In this document: positions 4,392 to 6,036 of the stretch, in pieces
How positions within the stretch are numbered: position 1 is the first letter of the stretch
Layout: the number at the start of each line of letters is the position of its first letter
IMG/VR virus record: IMGVR_UViG_3300028607_000568
Span: 1-6,036 of that record
Strand: one strand, 5' to 3'
DNA: 6,036 nucleotides
Translations under genes and position numbers: made by a program
Notes under the pieces: generated by a model
Databases searched by the model: none
What the model was told of the DNA's origin: nothing
What the model saw: only the letters and a program-made list of their open reading frames with translations

Positions 4392-6036
4392 TGCCCATCC
4401 GTCAAGCAAAAGGTAAATGGTATTGGGGAACTCAAGGGCCATTCGATTCTAAAAAGAAGGCTCAAGAGGTGGCTAGGGCCGCGCATTCATCTGGGTATAC
4501 TAAAAAATCATCGGATAAAGCAGCACCGGGAAGTAGACCCATGGAGAATCCTTCTTCCATTACAGCAGACGAATTGAATCGAAAATTGCGTAGAGCAACT
4601 AGAGGAGGTAAAGAATTAAAAGAAATACTTCTAAAATATGGGGTACAGGATTTTGGTAACTCACAAGAAGATGCATTAAAACGTGGGGCCAATCAACCTA
4701 AAGGGTGGAAACGCAACAATGCTAATGATGATGAAACTTCAATGGATAAATTTAGGACTTTCGTTAAATTTGACCAACAACGTAGTACCAATCATCCAGC
4801 TTATCCTAGTACTTTTCAAGGTAAATTAGGCGTGAAACGTATTGATTGGAGAAAAAAGAAAGACCCCAATTTTGAAAAACATACTCGTGTTGGAACACCA
4901 ACGGATTCTGTCTATCAAACGTCTATGGACACAGCCATTTTTATGAAAGAGTTGTGGCTCCAAAAGTTTATGGATATATCTAGACAACGTGTTATTGCGT
5001 ATATATTAAAGGAAGCTGAAGAAGAGGAACCGAAAGAAGAAAAACCTCCAAAAGGGGAAGAGCCTACAGAATTGGATGCGGATACTCCAACCGAAGAACC
5101 TACAGATAAACCTACTCCAGTCGTAGATAAACCTGTTACTGTAGCCGGGGCTTTACAGTGGGATACAGCTACGATGGGGCCAATGCCAGAGACTCGTATT
5201 GAAATCAATGATCCTGATGATGCTCCAAAAGGAACCCGTCTTATTGAAGGGCCACGGGAAGGACTCTATTATGATGGTGCTGCAAGTGATGGTGCGCAAA
5301 TTGAAGACCATATTTATTCAGATGAGTTTGATCGCCTTCGCAAACAAATACGTTGGGAAGCTGAACAACAATTAGAGGAAGGTGGGGTAGGGTCTTTAAG
5401 TGATGCTCACGAAACGTACAACAATATGGAAATATCCTATTCAAAATATATCCTAGATGAAATTAGTAAAATTAATCCAAATGTTGTTGATGAACATGAA
5501 GGACATTTAGTTCCGATAGATGTAGATGCTTTTACTGAAATTAATAAAAACGATCTTCGTCAACGCCCAGAGATGCAACGTCTCGCCCTAGACTATGCTG
5601 ATGCACATGATGCTTTAGTAGCTGCGAGAAAGCGTCTTGAGCCAATGCAAGCTGAAGCAATAAATGCTTTGTTAAAAGTTTTTGGTCAGTTGTCCCAACC
5701 ACAAATTGGAAGTCCGGATATTGATAAAGACTCTTCTTATGAAGTAGGTATATCTCCTGATGTTACACTAATGGTAGATAATGATGGATTATATGGTCAC
5801 TGGTTAGAAACTATGCACAAACGGCAAACCATACTTAAATTCTTAGATGAGGTAAATGTTAATGCCACAAATAATTTATCTCCTGAGCAACAGATCGAAA
5901 TGCGGAAACGGGTTATTAATACTGAAATGATTGCTATTAGGGGCAAAAATACCGGGGCATCTTATTTAGGTAAAAAAGGGGGGGATATTCAAAACCGTCT
6001 ATTTGGCGGTTCTGATTTTAGAAACAATACTGTTTT
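4391..6036 (+). CDS. Large modular hypothetical protein (at least 548 aa, 3' truncated), probably head-associated
   Basis: Missing from the ORF track because it has no stop in the window. TAATG overlap with the portal stop; SD GAGG at 4377-4380. My manual translation (MPIRQAKGKWYWGTQGPFDSKKKAQEVARAAHSSGY...GGSDFRNNTV) found no in-frame stop. Basic N-terminal part, E/P/T-rich linker, then an acidic helical region. Confidence 0.85.
   Translation, partial: MPIRQAKGKWYWGTQGPFDSKKKAQEVARAAHSSGYTKKSSDKAAPGSRPMENPSSITADELNRKLRRATRGGKELKEILLKYGVQDFGNSQEDALKRGANQPKGWKRNNANDDETSMDKFRTFVKFDQQRSTNHPAYPSTFQGKLGVKRIDWRKKKDPNFEKHTRVGTPTDSVYQTSMDTAIFMKELWLQKFMDISRQRVIAYILKEAEEEEPKEEKPPKGEEPTELDADTPTEEPTDKPTPVVDKPVTVAGALQWDTATMGPMPETRIEINDPDDAPKGTRLIEGPREGLYYDGAASDGAQIEDHIYSDEFDRLRKQIRWEAEQQLEEGGVGSLSDAHETYNNMEISYSKYILDEISKINPNVVDEHEGHLVPIDVDAFTEINKNDLRQRPEMQRLALDYADAHDALVAARKRLEPMQAEAINALLKVFGQLSQPQIGSPDIDKDSSYEVGISPDVTLMVDNDGLYGHWLETMHKRQTILKFLDEVNVNATNNLSPEQQIEMRKRVINTEMIAIRGKNTGASYLGKKGGDIQNRLFGGSDFRNNTV

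Noticed and set aside
3925-5444. Short alternative ORFs 3925-4170 (+) and 3939-4139, 4136-4348, 4462-4692, 4915-5208, 5241-5444 (-)
   Set aside because: All are nested in the portal gene or the large downstream ORF and look like shadow frames.
1-6036. tRNA (including tRNA-Sec), CRISPR array, IS element or terminase gene
   Set aside because: No intergenic space or matching motifs were seen; the window is almost entirely coding.

Overview
AT-rich, tightly packed, all plus-strand gene run that looks like part of a large tailed phage (or prophage) head region. In order: the 3' end of a beta-rich protein, a membrane-anchored ORF fused in frame to a 7Fe ferredoxin that has its own strong RBS, a 28-aa membrane peptide, a papain-like Cys-His-Glu protein, a 51-aa acidic CxC-repeat (metallothionein-like) peptide, a glutaredoxin/NrdH-like gene, a coiled-coil protein, an HK97-type portal, and a large ORF that runs off the window. 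The main observation is that the glutaredoxin gene most likely starts at 1722 and has an in-frame TGA (1767-1769) at the first Cys position of the redox motif (U-G-P-C). A hairpin resembling a bacterial SECIS follows it. This points to a phage-encoded selenoprotein within a redox/metal cassette directly upstream of the portal. All family calls come from motif recognition by eye; no searches were run.
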